61,955 bases of DNA, filler included, from Collodictyon triciliatum (GCA_043381765.1; 4 parts of 4 records of this genome joined end to end with filler, not necessarily neighbours in it), one strand, 5' to 3'. Numbered from the whole stretch's first letter, positions 36,201-47,600 are shown. Notes: generated by a model from the sequence alone, not told the origin. Numbers and translations are program-made.

Positions 36201-36631
36201 GCGATTAGTGAATCATCTGTACTAATGGCTACAGAATTTACAGCCCGATTATGAAACTCTAGGGATCTAACTAATGAACCAGTAGATATGTTCCATATTT
36301 TTATAGTCATATCTTCACTCCCAGAGACAATTTTGGTTCTATCCGAAGTGACAACAACACTTCTTACCCAGTTGGAATGGGCATTCCAGGATAGAATCAA
36401 TGTTCCTTCATAAAAATCCCACACCTTAATGGTTTTATCACTACTTCCAGAGACTATTTTTGAACCATCATTCAAAATTGCAACGCTCCAAACAGATCCT
36501 GTATGTCCATAGAGAGTATTCATCAAATTCTCTTGACCATCCACTCCAATAATTTCTTTGAGAAATATCAGCCCTGATGACAAACGGTGAGGAAGGGTTA
36601 AATTTATAAATTTAATTGAATTTTTTTTCAT
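30245..36631 (-). CDS. Intronless 2128-aa membrane protein: 7 WD40 repeats, long Cys-rich (GCC2/GCC3, ephrin-receptor-like) repeat array, multi-pass TM C-terminus
   Basis: Uninterrupted ORF. Seven xH...SGSxDxT[IV]K[IV]W repeats; dozens of CxxCxxGTYNP units; VAPGYWR...C...GALCSVC..GY juxtamembrane motif; roughly 8-10 hydrophobic segments by eye. Confidence 0.92.
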   Translation of the reverse strand: MKKNSIKFINLTLPHRLSSGLIFLKEIIGVDGQENLMNTLYGHTGSVWSVAILNDGSKIVSGSSDKTIKVWDFYEGTLILSWNAHSNWVRSVVVTSDRTKIVSGSEDMTIKIWNISTGSLVRSLEFHNRAVNSVAISTDDSLIASGSDDNTVKIFSLSTGSLIYTFSGHNDDVKSVIFSPDGSLVISGGDDFTIKIWRISTKSLVNTLTSHTDDVNVIAISPNGLIIASGSNDKTIKIWDTFTANLIATLVGHSSDVKGLSISPDNTKMISGSDDNTVKIWNLPSGGQIQTLIGHLDDLNSVVFSHDGSKLITGSDDNTVRIWGVCSGGYFYDSNSKSCSVCPSGSYSSHGSLYCSSCPEGTYNPLSGQIMCLLCPAGMFNPSQGRSSCDSCPPGTFNPFTGQKSCSGCNVGTYNPSHGSTSSSSCILCAVGTYNPLTGQQSCVPCSAGTYNAFIGATNSSSCILCPTGSYNPFMGQSSCTLCAAGSYNPLMGSSAINSCFSCESGSYNHFPGRSSCIPCAFGTYNPHIGSVSAKSCLTCPAGTYNALIGQSSCVPCSVGTYNPSSGSTNVTSCFLCPPGTYNPNIGQSICTNCTTGTFNPSFASVSASSCLSCTSGSFNPFNGQKSCLLCNAGTFNPSTGSTSLSSCIPCTAGTYNPLIGQSSCTSCSVGTYNPSTGSISPISCLSCPSGTYNPLAGQSYCSLCAAGTYNPYNGSTSLSSCFPCTAGNYNPSIGQSSCIPCAIGTYNPSSGSISLSSCFPCTAGNYNPSIGQSSCYPCASGTYNPSIGSNSSSSCIPCISGTYNPSIGQASCTPCASGTYNPSIGSISSVSCIPCISGTYNPSIGQASCTPCASGTYNPSIGSSSSISCIPCLPGTYNPSPGQSSCNACPEGTINPNIGQSSCIPCNQGMYNPSQGQINCLSCSIGTYNPINGSRSSNDCIPCKPGTYNPYTAQSSCIPCDLGFYNPSTGGHSCTICEPGTYNPNAGQPLCQKCPVGTYNQRTGSKNLTDCTPCNVGTYNPYTGQKYCNPCSMGTYNPNVGSISIDDCKLCEKGSYNPYLGNSSCIECPPGTFNPSTGQNHCVLCNLGEYNPYKGKYSCDLCPTGTYNPVIGSTSVDNCKACDTGTYNPSPGQSVCISCEKGFFNADKGKTYCYPCSPGTYSNYTGSSFCNECPPGKYNINSASRSADDCLPCDVGSFSSKNGSVICSMCFPGTYAEERGQKNCFNCDKGTYNPNYGAKNKKDCIYCPLGSYTDHENKSCISCPVGTFNNIIGSYSKISCKICNNGTFSSEKSSSCILCSPGYYQEEDAIKDPNSCLPCPIGTFNSISGTYGNSSCIVCPKGTYNDKKGKATCESCPSGTFSDKFGSFGSISCLSCIDGAYSSERSSSCILCSPGYYQKEDAIKDPNSCLPCPIGTFNSISGTYGNSSCIECPKGTYNDKKGNPSCLSCPSGTYNNKIGSYGLSFCLECPNGSYSSSGSELCNLCPTRSTTLKIGSTNISECLCIQTYISHGDICTCPPGKFEDGNRCVSCKIGSYKSNNGINLCTNCPNKFTTMYNGSINADDCICKPGFSFQYGECKCKPGWYENEGHCYKCIPNTYNDKYGQTLCKDCPPNSYTNSTGTISIDLCTCLSSTYIDTHSYECKACPIGFICDGSSVLEVAPGYWRAPSNSNNYIAYKCRNSEACIGGNNTCAIGYNGALCSVCESGYGKIGLLCLQCASQPVNLFLIIISIILPISFVSFMIEQSKQPKTGNIQILKSLSTHFQVLTYLANFDVNWSSEIISVMKIPAIFSFSISMDNYPLECQFKFTIYEKVFLTMFIPIILMLLIVLMIIIKKTWLIFKKELSKEELTYTFFWYEFRYSAMVMLFFVHPSITSSVAEIFPCQTLGNTSYLKADMSIMCDDENYLIYKNITLAFFSIYCLGGPLILLYKMVENSSSLRDHSSNAYSLMRFLVDGYTEKCHFWEVIMMLQKLIIVVLSIFFSTALQVYFGLWLLFFMIASTIYFKPFMSNVLKKSQIQSLMVLYFTLMLSLLFCYGDINQNTKFLLMGLVVFLNTAICTIFLSKAGPVVIKIILRKFSLILTFFWSCATDNILTQAILRMVNNRKQMDTQEMQNVSTFHSSSEYTI

Positions 36632-38547
36632 TCATTAGATTAAAATTATGCAAATAATATATAATTGTCATTATAAATCTGTAATATAACAAATTATACC
36701 AAAAAAGAGTCTAATAATACTCATCGATAGTTCATTCATGTTAGTTTTACACATGAGAGCAGTCAGTCACTAAATTAGCATTAATTAGTTATGTGTTATA
36801 TTTTTGATCGGTAAAAAATCTAACAGCGTCACTTAAATAAAAAACTTATAGAGCAGTTTGGCTTAGTTGAGGAAGGGATAAGTTCTATTTATATTTTAAA
36901 CCTTGATATCGACATTTTATATAAAATTGGATTCTGAAACATGATTTTTTTGGTTTCATTAGATAAAATATGGATATATGAATGTCAATTTATGTTTTTC
37001 TTTTAAAAAGTGAATGACTGTAAACTGGTAATTGAGGAAATTACAAAATATGATTATAAATAATTATTCGCAAATATTATGATTAAAATAGTTCCTTTTG
37101 CTGAAATTTAGCATGATATTATATTAATTAGATATATGAGTAGAAAGTTATTCTGTCGAGCAAAAATTTTAAACATAGAGCACATGAAAAATTGTAGCAC
37201 TATTTCATCATCTGAGAATATAAGATAAATATGTTACATATTTTTCCCTCTCTGAACCATTCAAAACCATAATTTAAGAGATTCAAAGAGTCTGTATATA
37301 TTTAATGAATCGTCATTATACAAAATATTTAAGAGTGCATTTATACCAATTTGAAAACTAGCGTTTAAAACTCAAATAATTATTATAAACCTTAAATTCA
37401 ACCCAATTGTGTAAAAAAAGATTATTATATCTAACTAGTGAAAAAATTAAGAAATCAGCCACCATATTAAAATTCTGTAGTAATATTTCGAAAAGAAAAG
37501 AATCTATTGCAATATATTTTGCACAGGAAACATCCTAAGAAGCAACAAAAAATCACCCAATTTTAAATTAGAATATTAGACATTGGCCGATTATTAAACC
37601 TTAAATTAGATTTTAAAAGTTTGGGTTACATAATAGCAATACCCGACTCGCTTCACTACTTTATAATGAAAGTAGACTTAAAAATTTGAAGTGTCGAAGA
37701 AGAGATAACCTATACTTGAATGAAATGAAGAGGAGAAATATAGGTAGACATAAGACTCACGCAATCAATAGGGTTCGAGGAGGGGGTTTCAAGTTCGGGT
37801 TATGTTTCGATTCATAAGGGTACTCGGAGGACCAGATACGTGTATTTACAATCCTATTGCTAGTCGGTGTTTTGCTAAAATTTAAATATTTTTATTGCAC
37901 TTATAGTATTTTGAATTTTTAGGGATTACAAACACATACGTAAAAGTATCGCGCTCGATTGCATAAGATTGCAAAATCAATTGGGAAAAAATAATGAATG
38001 GATTCTTGTCTTGCAAGAAATGCATTTTGTCAACCACGAAGAGTCGGACAGTCTTCCTAAGATGTGGTTTGTGATAATATGAGGAAACCAAATTTTACTA
38101 CACCCAGTAAAATAGCCGATAAGTTGGCATCTCCAACTTGCATATTTTTTTATTGATATCATTCTCTATTTATTAACTAAAAATTATTGAACAAAATCAG
38201 CATAGTCATTAATCACATGAATTCCCCGATAGCTATTACATTTTTAATTGAAATCTGTATTAATTTTCCTTATTCACGACAGACTTAGCTGTTGGCGCTC
38301 GTGCCAACAATCTTTTTTCCCACCACCAAGCAAGTATTCCGAGATAAAAAGAAAAAGTGATGGCGGATGTGCCATCAGGAGAGTATGGAGATGGGGAATA
38401 GAAAGAGAAAAGAGGATGAAAAGGAATAGGAAAGGAAGTAAAGACCCTGGGCTTGATAAGAGGCCCAGGGATTCCTTTCAGGATAGGACTTGTGGTGAAG
38501 TCCTTGGGAGAGGGAAAGTAGCGGGCTTGATTATGTTTAGAGGGGAG

Positions 38548-38647
38548 NNNNNNNNNNNNNNNNNNNNNNNNNNNNNNNNNNNNNNNNNNNNTTAATTAAT
38601 TAANNNNNNNNNNNNNNNNNNNNNNNNNNNNNNNNNNNNNNNNNNNN
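38548..38647. other. Artificial scaffold linker
   Basis: N44-TTAATTAATTAA-N44. Confidence 0.97.
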
Positions 38648-38860
38648 ACACTCTTTCACACTCTTTCACACTCTTTCACACTCTTTCACACTCTTTCACA
38701 CTCTTTCACACTCTTTCACACTCTTTCACACTCTTTCACACTCTTTACACTTTCTACACTTTTTCACACACTTTCTACACTCTTTCACACTCTTTACACT
38801 CTTTTTACACTTTTTTACACTCTTCACACCCTTTCACTCTTTCACCCTTTCACTCTTTCA
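38648..38860. repeat. (ACACTCTTTC)n intronic minisatellite
   Basis: Direct reading; decays toward the CAG acceptor at 38865. Confidence 0.93.
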
Positions 38861-38865
38861 CACAG

Positions 38866-39199
38866 GAGCATCAAGGGGCGATTGCAGGGGCGACATCGGG
38901 ATTCATGATTCTCTCCTTCTTTTTCTTCTTCCGACCAATGTTCAACACTCTGGAAGAGGAAAACAGGTTAGTTTCTATCTTTTTGTGGGGGTTCATGTCT
39001 TCCAGTATTTATCACAGGTTTCATATTATATTATGAAATTCGGAAAATGGGTAAAGAAGAAAAGAAAAGGTTGAATCGACCCTTTGAACATTTCTCTCTC
39101 CTCGCCAGACAAACGCGCGCGATGCTTTTGATGATGCCTGACGAAGTTGTTGCAAACACGCCCGAGATTGAAAAGTTTTTGATCAAGACAGATTTATAA
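38866..39199 (+). CDS. Last two exons of a membrane protein with a TmcB/TmcC (PAS-domain family)-like C-terminus
   Basis: GFMILSFFFFFRPMFNTLEEENR|QTRAMLLMMPDEVVANTPEIEKFL; TM followed by the E...TRxMLLMxP pattern recalled from that family. Confidence 0.6.
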
Positions 39200-39626
39200 T
39201 TCTTTGCCTAGTCGATTCTTCGCTCTCTTCCGCTCTTCTTTTTCCCAACGCCGCTTGAGCCCAAATAAAAGCAGAACGCCTAATAGATACCGACTTGCGT
39301 GACTTGTTCCCTCTGTCAACGAATATTGTCCAACTGGGGGATTAACGGTATGCAAATGCGGAAATTACATGATCCAATATTTACGGCCGCCTTGCTGCGC
39401 GAAAAGCAACACAGCCACACAACCCGATTGCAGCAGAGGAAGCGCATATCTTTGTTGGCGCGCACAGTCAACTCAGCGTCCCCGTTGTTTTTTTCAACTC
39501 TTGTGCGCGAGAGGGTGAATAATCGTCGCCATTACTTTAGTAGTTGGCGCAGGGTGACAGAATAGCAAAAGCGAGGAAGAGGAAGAGGAAGAGGAAGAGG
39601 AAGAGGAAGAAGAAGAGGAAGCGGAA

Positions 39627-41188
39627 ATGGAGCAGGATCGAACACTGGAGCTTCTTGGGCGGTTAGAGAGAGTGCAACAAGAGGAGGCGCATCACAGGCT
39701 GATCCAGCAGAAGAAGATCGACGGATGCCGCATGGGGATGAGCTACGAGGACTGGCGCAAGAGCATAATGGCCGCTCACCTCAAGCCTGTGCAGGTTGCT
39801 TTACACTCCCACAATCTTCATATCGTTGTTTTTTGGTTTTCAATTCCAAGAGAGAAGAAAAAAAAAACATTAATAAATAGAATATTGAGTTGCTTTGATT
39901 ATACCTTTATGCTCCTTCAATTTTTTTTGGAGCAATCGAACCTTATTTTCCAGCTGCTTCATCGCTTAATCCAGCATATATTTTCCTTTAATGATGATTG
40001 AGTCCTATTAATCACGGCCATAATGACTCCTAAGCAGTTTTTTCTTATTTTCCAAAGGGTATCAAATTCGCAAATGAATCATCGTCTGCCGGTTTCCCAA
40101 CGATGTCCACCACAAAGGCCACAAGGTATGATGGCCAGTGGCGGTGAACTCCTTGAAGTCATACGAAATAAAATATAATAAGGAGTATGAATTTTACAAA
40201 TCCAAAGTAATATCCCAATTAGGCTTTCAACCCTTTTAATGCAATAAATCCTCCATTTCAGCGGCATGCATGATGACTTCGAAGCGAGCAATGTCAGGCT
40301 GTTGGCTGCAACTTCTTCTGCAACCCCAGCTATGAAACAGGTAGATTTATCCAAACGCGCGCCCACAAATTCGATGGAATTCAACAAAACATGGAGAGCT
40401 TTGTCTTCAGAGGGGCAGAGAATAGCGTTAGTGTTCCTTTCAAAAAAATTGATAGTTTTCTGGCAAATGCAATGTAGTTTTCACTATATATATAAACTCA
40501 TTTATTATGCCAATAGTTATTTGAAGCTTATTCCGCCGTCATCTTTATCTGTAAGTCGTGTCAACAATCATTTAAGAGTGTACGTAAATCAAATACAGCT
40601 GCCTTAAAGCAATTTGCATTTCGATTGCATAGTCTATTTTCAAGGCCGAGATGGACGCAAACACAATATCATCAATTTCTCAGGCTTTTCATAGTTGGAT
40701 TACACAAGAAAATGAAAAGAAAATACATATTACAACTATTGGCCAAGGAGAAGAATCCACTTCTAGTGCAAATCATCAAGTATCACAGGAGAGTTCCGAC
40801 TTTTTTGCAGTCTTCTTTGTTCTTAACTTTCTGGAAGCTGTAACTCGCATCAATCGCTTTTCGTTGAATATAAATTTTCTAAATGCGAAACAAAAACAAG
40901 TTCTTACCAATTTGTTTGCAAGTCTGCAATCAGGTCTGTCATTTCAAACATATATGGTTTGTTCTCAAAATATTGAAGTTGTAATGAATGTATGAAATAC
41001 CCGCAATAAAAGGAGGGAAACGACACACACAAGATTGAACATAATTTAAACAACCCTCATAATCTCCTTTTGACTTTCACGAACTGACAAACTCAGTACT
41101 CATATCCACAGCCTTAGATAAACAGTCAGACCTTGGCGAAGATGTGTCGCAAAGTTTTGAGAACATCAGAAGTGCTTTCAAAGTCTAG
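39627..41188 (+). CDS. CCDC103: Dynein attachment factor CCDC103-like (N-terminal attachment domain plus RPAP3_C domain), 6 exons
   Basis: SYEDWRKSIMAAHLKP; PTNSMEFNKTWR...YLKLIPP...IFKAEMD...RFSLNINFL; TAG 41186-41188. Confidence 0.8.
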
Positions 41189-41696
41189 ATGATTTCACTT
41201 GAATAAACAAATGATATGTTTAATGTAGATATAGCTCTTTGTCGCTTTTCAAGATACAGTTTTATTTGAAAATCATGGAAATTGTATGAAATGGTCGGTA
41301 CTTGCGTACACACAGTTGAACAAGATTTTTTTCCTGGTGGGCTCTGGGACAGTTTCTTTTTATTATTATTTGTAAATTTTACACGCTCTCTCGATCAGAT
41401 AACGCCACTGACTTACGAGTATATGGATCTTTTTCCAGCACAATCACCCATAATAAAAATTAATCTTTTTTTTTATATGTTTGATGGATTACAAGATGGA
41501 GATAATACATGTTTCTTAAATAAGCCCCATCAAAAAGCCATCCAAGCAAAGTAAAATAAAAAAAAACGATAAGATAGCGTCTCAAGATTTATTTTATTGG
41601 GTTGAACTCTCCAGAGGGAAGTCGGTAAGATATAGGCGTGAATGCAAGATAAACTGTCATTGTAAAATGCGAAAGAGAATATCATCCCAGACAGAG

Positions 41697-41754
41697 AATA
41701 GCGCCTCGATATTTTTTTTCCTTTATTCGATTCAAAGTAATGGCGCCTCGATAT
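41697..41754 (-). mobile_element. Micro-element copy (insert 41713-41738) with 16-bp TSD, just downstream of the kinase stop codon
   Basis: Minus strand: ATATCGAGGCGCCATT [ACTTTGAATCGAATAAAGGAAAAAAA] ATATCGAGGCGCTATT (15/16 match). Confidence 0.85.
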
Positions 41755-41769
41755 GAAGACGATTTCCAC

Positions 41770-43865
41770 TCACGCATGACCAGCCTCTTCAATGATTTTC
41801 ATGGCAGCCCGAACCTGGAATGGTTTGAGGGTAGGAATCGACTCACGCAATTCTTTTTCTGAAATCTCAGCCAGCTCCGCCCCATTGAGTGAATTCTCTA
41901 GACAAAAACTAATCAGCAAGGGGTTAGCTGCTCTTTTCTCTAGGTAGCTTACAAGCTCGGCTGTGTTCATGTCCTTGACCCGCTTTGATACTGCATTCGG
42001 TTTCAAGACTGTAGGGTTCCCTGTTACGTTCAGCATTTGTTCTATATTGTCAGCCTTGATTCTCGCCTCCGTATCTCTTACCCAACATTTTCCAATCAAT
42101 TCACTTAGATTTTCCGGACATGACTCTGGAATGGGTAGGTTACCTTTTGATAGCTCAAAGCCTATTTCCCTCTCATTCTTGCCTTCAAATGGGTACTCTC
42201 CAGTAACCATCGACCACAGTATTAGACCGTAAGCATACACATCGCTGGGAAGCCCCAAACTTTTCCCATAATCATACGCTTCTGGGGCAGACCAGTTCCG
42301 TGAACCTTTGAAACCAGTGACGGAGTTGACAGATGCACCGCTCTTAGAAAGCCCGAAGTCGGAAAGCTTTGCTACACCACCAACCAAGAGAACATTTTCG
42401 GTCTTCAGATCACGGTGCTGAATGGGCGGTGTCCGCGTGTGCAAGTAGGAAAGACCTCGAATTATATGGATTGCGAAAGTAATAGTATCTGAGGCATTCA
42501 GGGGGCCATTTTTTTGTATCAACGATTTTAAGTCGCCTCCGTCTGCATACTCCATAATTAATATCAAGTCTCTCCCTCTATAACCGAAGTCATATAATGA
42601 GATGATATTTTCATGTACTAGCTTGAGCATCATTTCTCCTTCCACCTCCGGATCGATACATCCTGGACGCCCTTTATGGAGAGCAGCATCACCGATTTTC
42701 TTCACGGCAAAGACGCCAGCTCTAAGTGTAACTCTAAATACGAGTCCGAATCCCCCCTTTCCGATGACATTTGACGGTACTTCAAATTCTTCGGACAGTA
42801 TATCTGCATATCTACTGGTTTCTAGGTTGCGATAGGCTATAGTATATTTAATATCAAAAACATATTTGATGGATGAAAGTGCTTGCATAACGACATGAAA
42901 GGAGGGAACACAATTACGTTGCTGAAGCTTTGACGATGTGAGAGAAGGCATTGAAGTGGATGATTGTCCGGCTTTCCTATTCTCCTATAGATATATCATT
43001 TAAATATCAAATACCAGCGGCTAATTAGCCTCGGCAGTCTCCTAGGCTTGTTGAGATTTACTTACCACGTCATAGAGGGTAAGCTTCTTCAGGGATTCAG
43101 AGCGGGTGTTTCTCCATGCAACTCCAGCCGCAGGTTCAGGTTTGTGATGATTGTTCCAGCACGGCAAAGACTTGATTCCTACAGGTGCTCTTTTAATGCT
43201 GGTGCTTCCATCTGGGTCCTCAATGAGAAAGTCTGACAAGTTTCTCAACAAGGTAATTTCCGAAGGAAGCTCTTCAATCTAAAGAAACGGTGTGTGTAAG
43301 GAAAGAAAAAGGATTCGCATCGACCATACTATTGTTCACCTACACGATTGTTTCTGATACTCAGCGCTGTCAAAAGCGTCAATGCTGAGACCCAGGGCGG
43401 AATGACCGATATCTGGTTGTGTCTGATGTTCAGGGCGTTTAATCTGGTCAGAGACGAGATGCCCTCTGCGATCACAGAGATCCTGTTTTCATCCAGCCGA
43501 AGAAAGGTCAGGCTGGTCAGACAGGATATCGCATTCGGTATGAACGAAATCAGATTCCCGGACATGTTCAACTGGACCAGCAACGTGAGACAAGATATCT
43601 CCTCGGGGATGGCCTTGATTTTGTTTCCATCGATGCGGAGGAAAGTCAGGCTGGCCAGGCACGAAATCCACGGCGGGAGTTCGGCAATGCCATTCAAGGG
43701 CAGACTCAAGTGGCACAGTTTCACGAGAATCTTTGTGCCCGACGGCACACACGTCAGGAGCTTCTGGTTGGAAACCTCAAGCGCCGTGCAAGCTGATATG
43801 CCTCTTTCGGGTGGCCAATAAGTTGCTCTTAGGCGTTGGAAAACCTCCAGTTGGGCCCCGTCCAT
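41770..43865 (-). CDS. LRR - TKL-type protein kinase - SAM-like protein; one gene joining ORFs 43329-43865, 43042-43251 and 41770-42951
   Basis: In-frame GT-AG joins NNR|IEELP and LYDV|ENRK. LRRs LxxLxxLxxxxNxI; kinase GKGGFG, AVKK, HRDLKTEN, DFG, WSAPE, SDVYAYG; C-terminal ENSLNGAELAEISEKELRE SAM-like segment. Confidence 0.88.
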
Positions 43866-44449
43866 TTTGTGCTTAGTCCTGTTCAGTGATATGTCGTAAG
43901 ACTAGGCCGAACTGGTGATTGCAGGTGAAGTAGGAAGGCGGAGTCGCAGCTTGTATGTTGATTTCCCGTTGATTCAAACATTCGTTGCATGTAGTTGAAG
44001 TGTCATGAGCTGATGCACAGTCGCGCAGTCCATATGTACGCCATCTGACAGCCACGCTTTCAGACAGGGCTATTTTTTCCGATTTGGCAGTGGAGAAATT
44101 AATTTATATAGCTTTGTGGCTGTGCTCGTCCTGTTTGCACTTGTGGGTTGCTATCTATTTAATGTCGAGTTCGAGCATATATGGGCATAGTTCACTTTCT
44201 TTCCACAAACGCTTTTGGTATTAGATAATAAAAATGGGTTCAGCGCGATTGTTCGCCCATACTACCGAATTTGAATCTGGATAAAAGGTAAATGGAATCT
44301 CAAATTAATAATGTATATGCACAATATCAGATAATCACAGCCATCTGGTTTATGCATTATCACCTTATATTGCTATTCTAATTTTCATATATATTCCATA
44401 TTTGTACATTTTGTATTGCAGTCATCCTAAGCCCATAAAAGGCAACAAA

Positions 44450-44570
44450 AATACATAACACATAAAAAACACATAAAAAACACATAAAAAACACATAAAA
44501 AACACATAAAAAACACATAAAAAACACATAAAAAACACATAAAAAACACATAAAAACACATAAAAAAACA
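44450..44570. repeat. (AAAAAACACAT)n minisatellite in the divergent intergenic region
   Basis: Direct reading. Confidence 0.92.
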
Positions 44571-44612
44571 TACAGAAAGCACATCAAAACACTTTAATAC
44601 AGGAATCCGAAA

Positions 44613-47600
44613 ATGGGACAAGTTGGCTCGATTCTGAAAGAGCAGATCATCGATGACTCCACCGAAGACGGCCGCTGGGACGCCCTCGATCCTACCGCGT
44701 TGATGCTTCCCGGTTCCTGGTCGCTGTTTGACCCGATCTCCCTCTCACTGCAGATAGATGTCGCGTCAGCAAGCCAAGTACCCTCTTTCTGCTTATCCTT
44801 CCTTTTCTCTTTTATTTTTTGTTTTTGTTTTTGTTTTTGTTTTTGTTTTTGTTTTTGTTTTTGTTTTTGTTTTTGTTTTTGTTTTTGTTTTTGTTTTTGT
44901 TTTCCTTGCACAATTCTTACACAAACTCATCCAGGGGGATAGTAAATCACTGGGTGCTGGTGCAGATATGAAAACGCTGGAATCAATCATATGCGCCTTC
45001 GATCAGGATGAAAATGAGATTCAGTTCTTCAGCACGAGTGATAAGGCTTCCACAAAGTCCTCATTCACACTTGGTGGCCAGTTTCAAAGGTTGATTTGCA
45101 ACACATACTTTTAAAAAATGAAATAGGAATAAAAAAATAAATAATGACACACACAAAACTATTTTTCTTGACATATTCACAAATTAATTGAGTGCATGAT
45201 GGTGCAAATAGGGACTTCATGTTCAAAATTCTAAAAAAGATCAGAGATGATTTCCAAAAGTCTTCAACCAACAACGAGAATGGGGTTTACTCATTTTTGC
45301 AGCGAATGAGAATTCTGTATCGCTGGCATCTCTCAAAAGAGCGTAAGGCCTCCTCAGAACAGGTTATAGTCTATTCAAAAATATCATTTCAAAATAGCTC
45401 CCCCTTGTTTTATTTTATTTTAATACAATAAAACCTTTCATCTTTTATCATTACTATCAACAACCAATCACTTTTCTGGATTTAGTTATTTTTATTAGCA
45501 TTTTAATTAAAAAAACCAAAATATGTCCCAGACGAAAGAGGGAGACGGGTCCACCAAAAATACCAATCCTGAGACCAGCCAAAGTCCATCTGAGAAATCC
45601 ATCCAATCAAATCAATTACTGATGAACATGGTTGTCCTGCTTCTTGACCACTCTGTGGAGAATGACCCATCTCTTATTCCAATTGTGTTGCGCTCCACCG
45701 CTGAAATATTCCAGCAACCAAAGATATTGAGCATCGATGAAAACGGTTCATCTTTGGCTGCCCTCAGCAACTGGATAATGCAAACATCATCGTCGTTGTT
45801 AAATGCACCCAGCCAGGTGACTTGCATTTCATATCTTCTCAAGTTGATATATATATATATACATACAAAACGAAAACACACGCATTTGAAGACAAAATTT
45901 AGATTGAAATCAACGTCCGTTAACATGTCATATTCAAACGCAAACAGGAAAGTATGGAAGTAATTAACTTGGCCTTTACATCCATCTGTGGCCTCTTTAT
46001 TGCGACGGGGAATCTCTCCACAGGACTGTCATTCATTCGTTACTTTATTACTAACGAAAAAGCCATCACCGCCATCGACTCCAACATGAAACTAAGCTTT
46101 GCAGCTCTTTCGTCATACAAACATATTCCCTCAGTATTTAGGAATCGAAAATCAATTGGTATGCATAAAAAAGTTTCTCTCTGCCTCATGTCTCTATATT
46201 TATATGCAATTCGACTTGCCCTACTTAATTGTGGTGATATATTCTGCACTCTGTATCGTTTCAATATGGCTTCTACGATTCCTCAAAGAGGCGTAATTTG
46301 TATTTTGGTCCCTTTCTGAATCATTATTTCATTTAGGAACGATGCCTATACTTTTCAGCGCTTTAAATCCGCCGCAGAGCAAGCCTGGACGAAAGAGTAA
46401 AAGTCTTGGATGTGCATCCGATGGGACTTACATATATTATCTGGAAACTGACAGAATCCTTAAATTCGGGCTTGGGCATGGAGTATAGCATCTACCACAT
46501 ATATCATATTTTTTTTTTCATACCACATCGAAGATTTGAAATGTACACCACTTTAGTTTTGTAATTCCTTCCGTAATGTCACTCATTTTTTAAAATAATT
46601 TATTTATATGAACCGCTCATAATTCTTCTATAACGAATTCCAGGGAACTACGATAGGAGAAGTCGCCCACTGGGTTCCTTTCGCATCACCAGGGGATGAT
46701 GAAAACACGACAATTTCATTCGTATACCACAAACAGAGAGTTTACATGCACACCCGTGGCTCAGAGTTGATACGTGTTTTCGATGCAAGCAATCTGACAG
46801 TTAATACTGATTAATTTGGGCAGATTTCTCATTACACCAGACACACTATACGAAATTACTTTCCCTTAGCTTCGTGTTAAATTCTTGAAGTTATTTTTTA
46901 TAGCGTGCATATTCACTACCTCCATAACAGATGTTAAGATGTGCTTTCTTTTTTTAACTATCATCAAGGAATTGGAACCTATTTCGGGTATCTTTCCATC
47001 AGAAAGACGAACACGTTTATTTTCTGACGGTGAGGAGTTATATGCTGTCCATGAGGATGCGGAAGGAAATGCTATTATGCAAAGCCTGGATATAACCTCA
47101 TCCCTCAACATAAAAAAATCGTATTTTTTAATATAAATTAGTCACTCTTTACCCATAGCCACTCTTTTTTTTTTTTTTGGACAACAAATATTCAAGTGTA
47201 AGCCACACTCAGACTTTTTTGTTTGATGTGATTAAGAATCTCCCTCGGCCAAGCGCGATGCAAATTTGAAAAGAAAAACATGTCATGCCCGTTCTGTTCG
47301 GTAAGTTTTTTTTTTTAATTTGCTCTGTATTTTAAATCGACATAATCAGCTGATACAATGAATGATCATATATTCTTAAGTCGTAGTTTTTTTTTTTTAA
47401 TCAAATGGACACTAGGTACTTATCACAAAAGCCTGGTCATGTTCTTCCCCTTCACTATCCCTTTGCACCGACTGTTACCTTGAATACCGCGCAATCTCGG
47501 TGAGAATCTTCTAAAATAGTCTACATGAAACCATTTCAACATATGTGTGCTGTAAAGCTAGCCACTATATAGTGTTTTGATGAGCAAATACACTATGAAA

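Noticed and set aside
37770-37815. GGTTCGA/TTCGATTC motifs suggesting a tRNA
   Set aside because: No cloverleaf or acceptor stem could be built.
38648-38860. Regular short repeats here and at 44450-44570 and 50090-50202 as CRISPR or telomere candidates
   Set aside because: They are tandem units without spacers, with no cas genes, and in intronic or intergenic positions.
44270-44292. TTTGAATCTGGATAAAAGGTAAA and partial TTTATTCGAT matches (~52089, ~52464) as more micro-element copies
   Set aside because: They are too diverged and have no flanking duplication.
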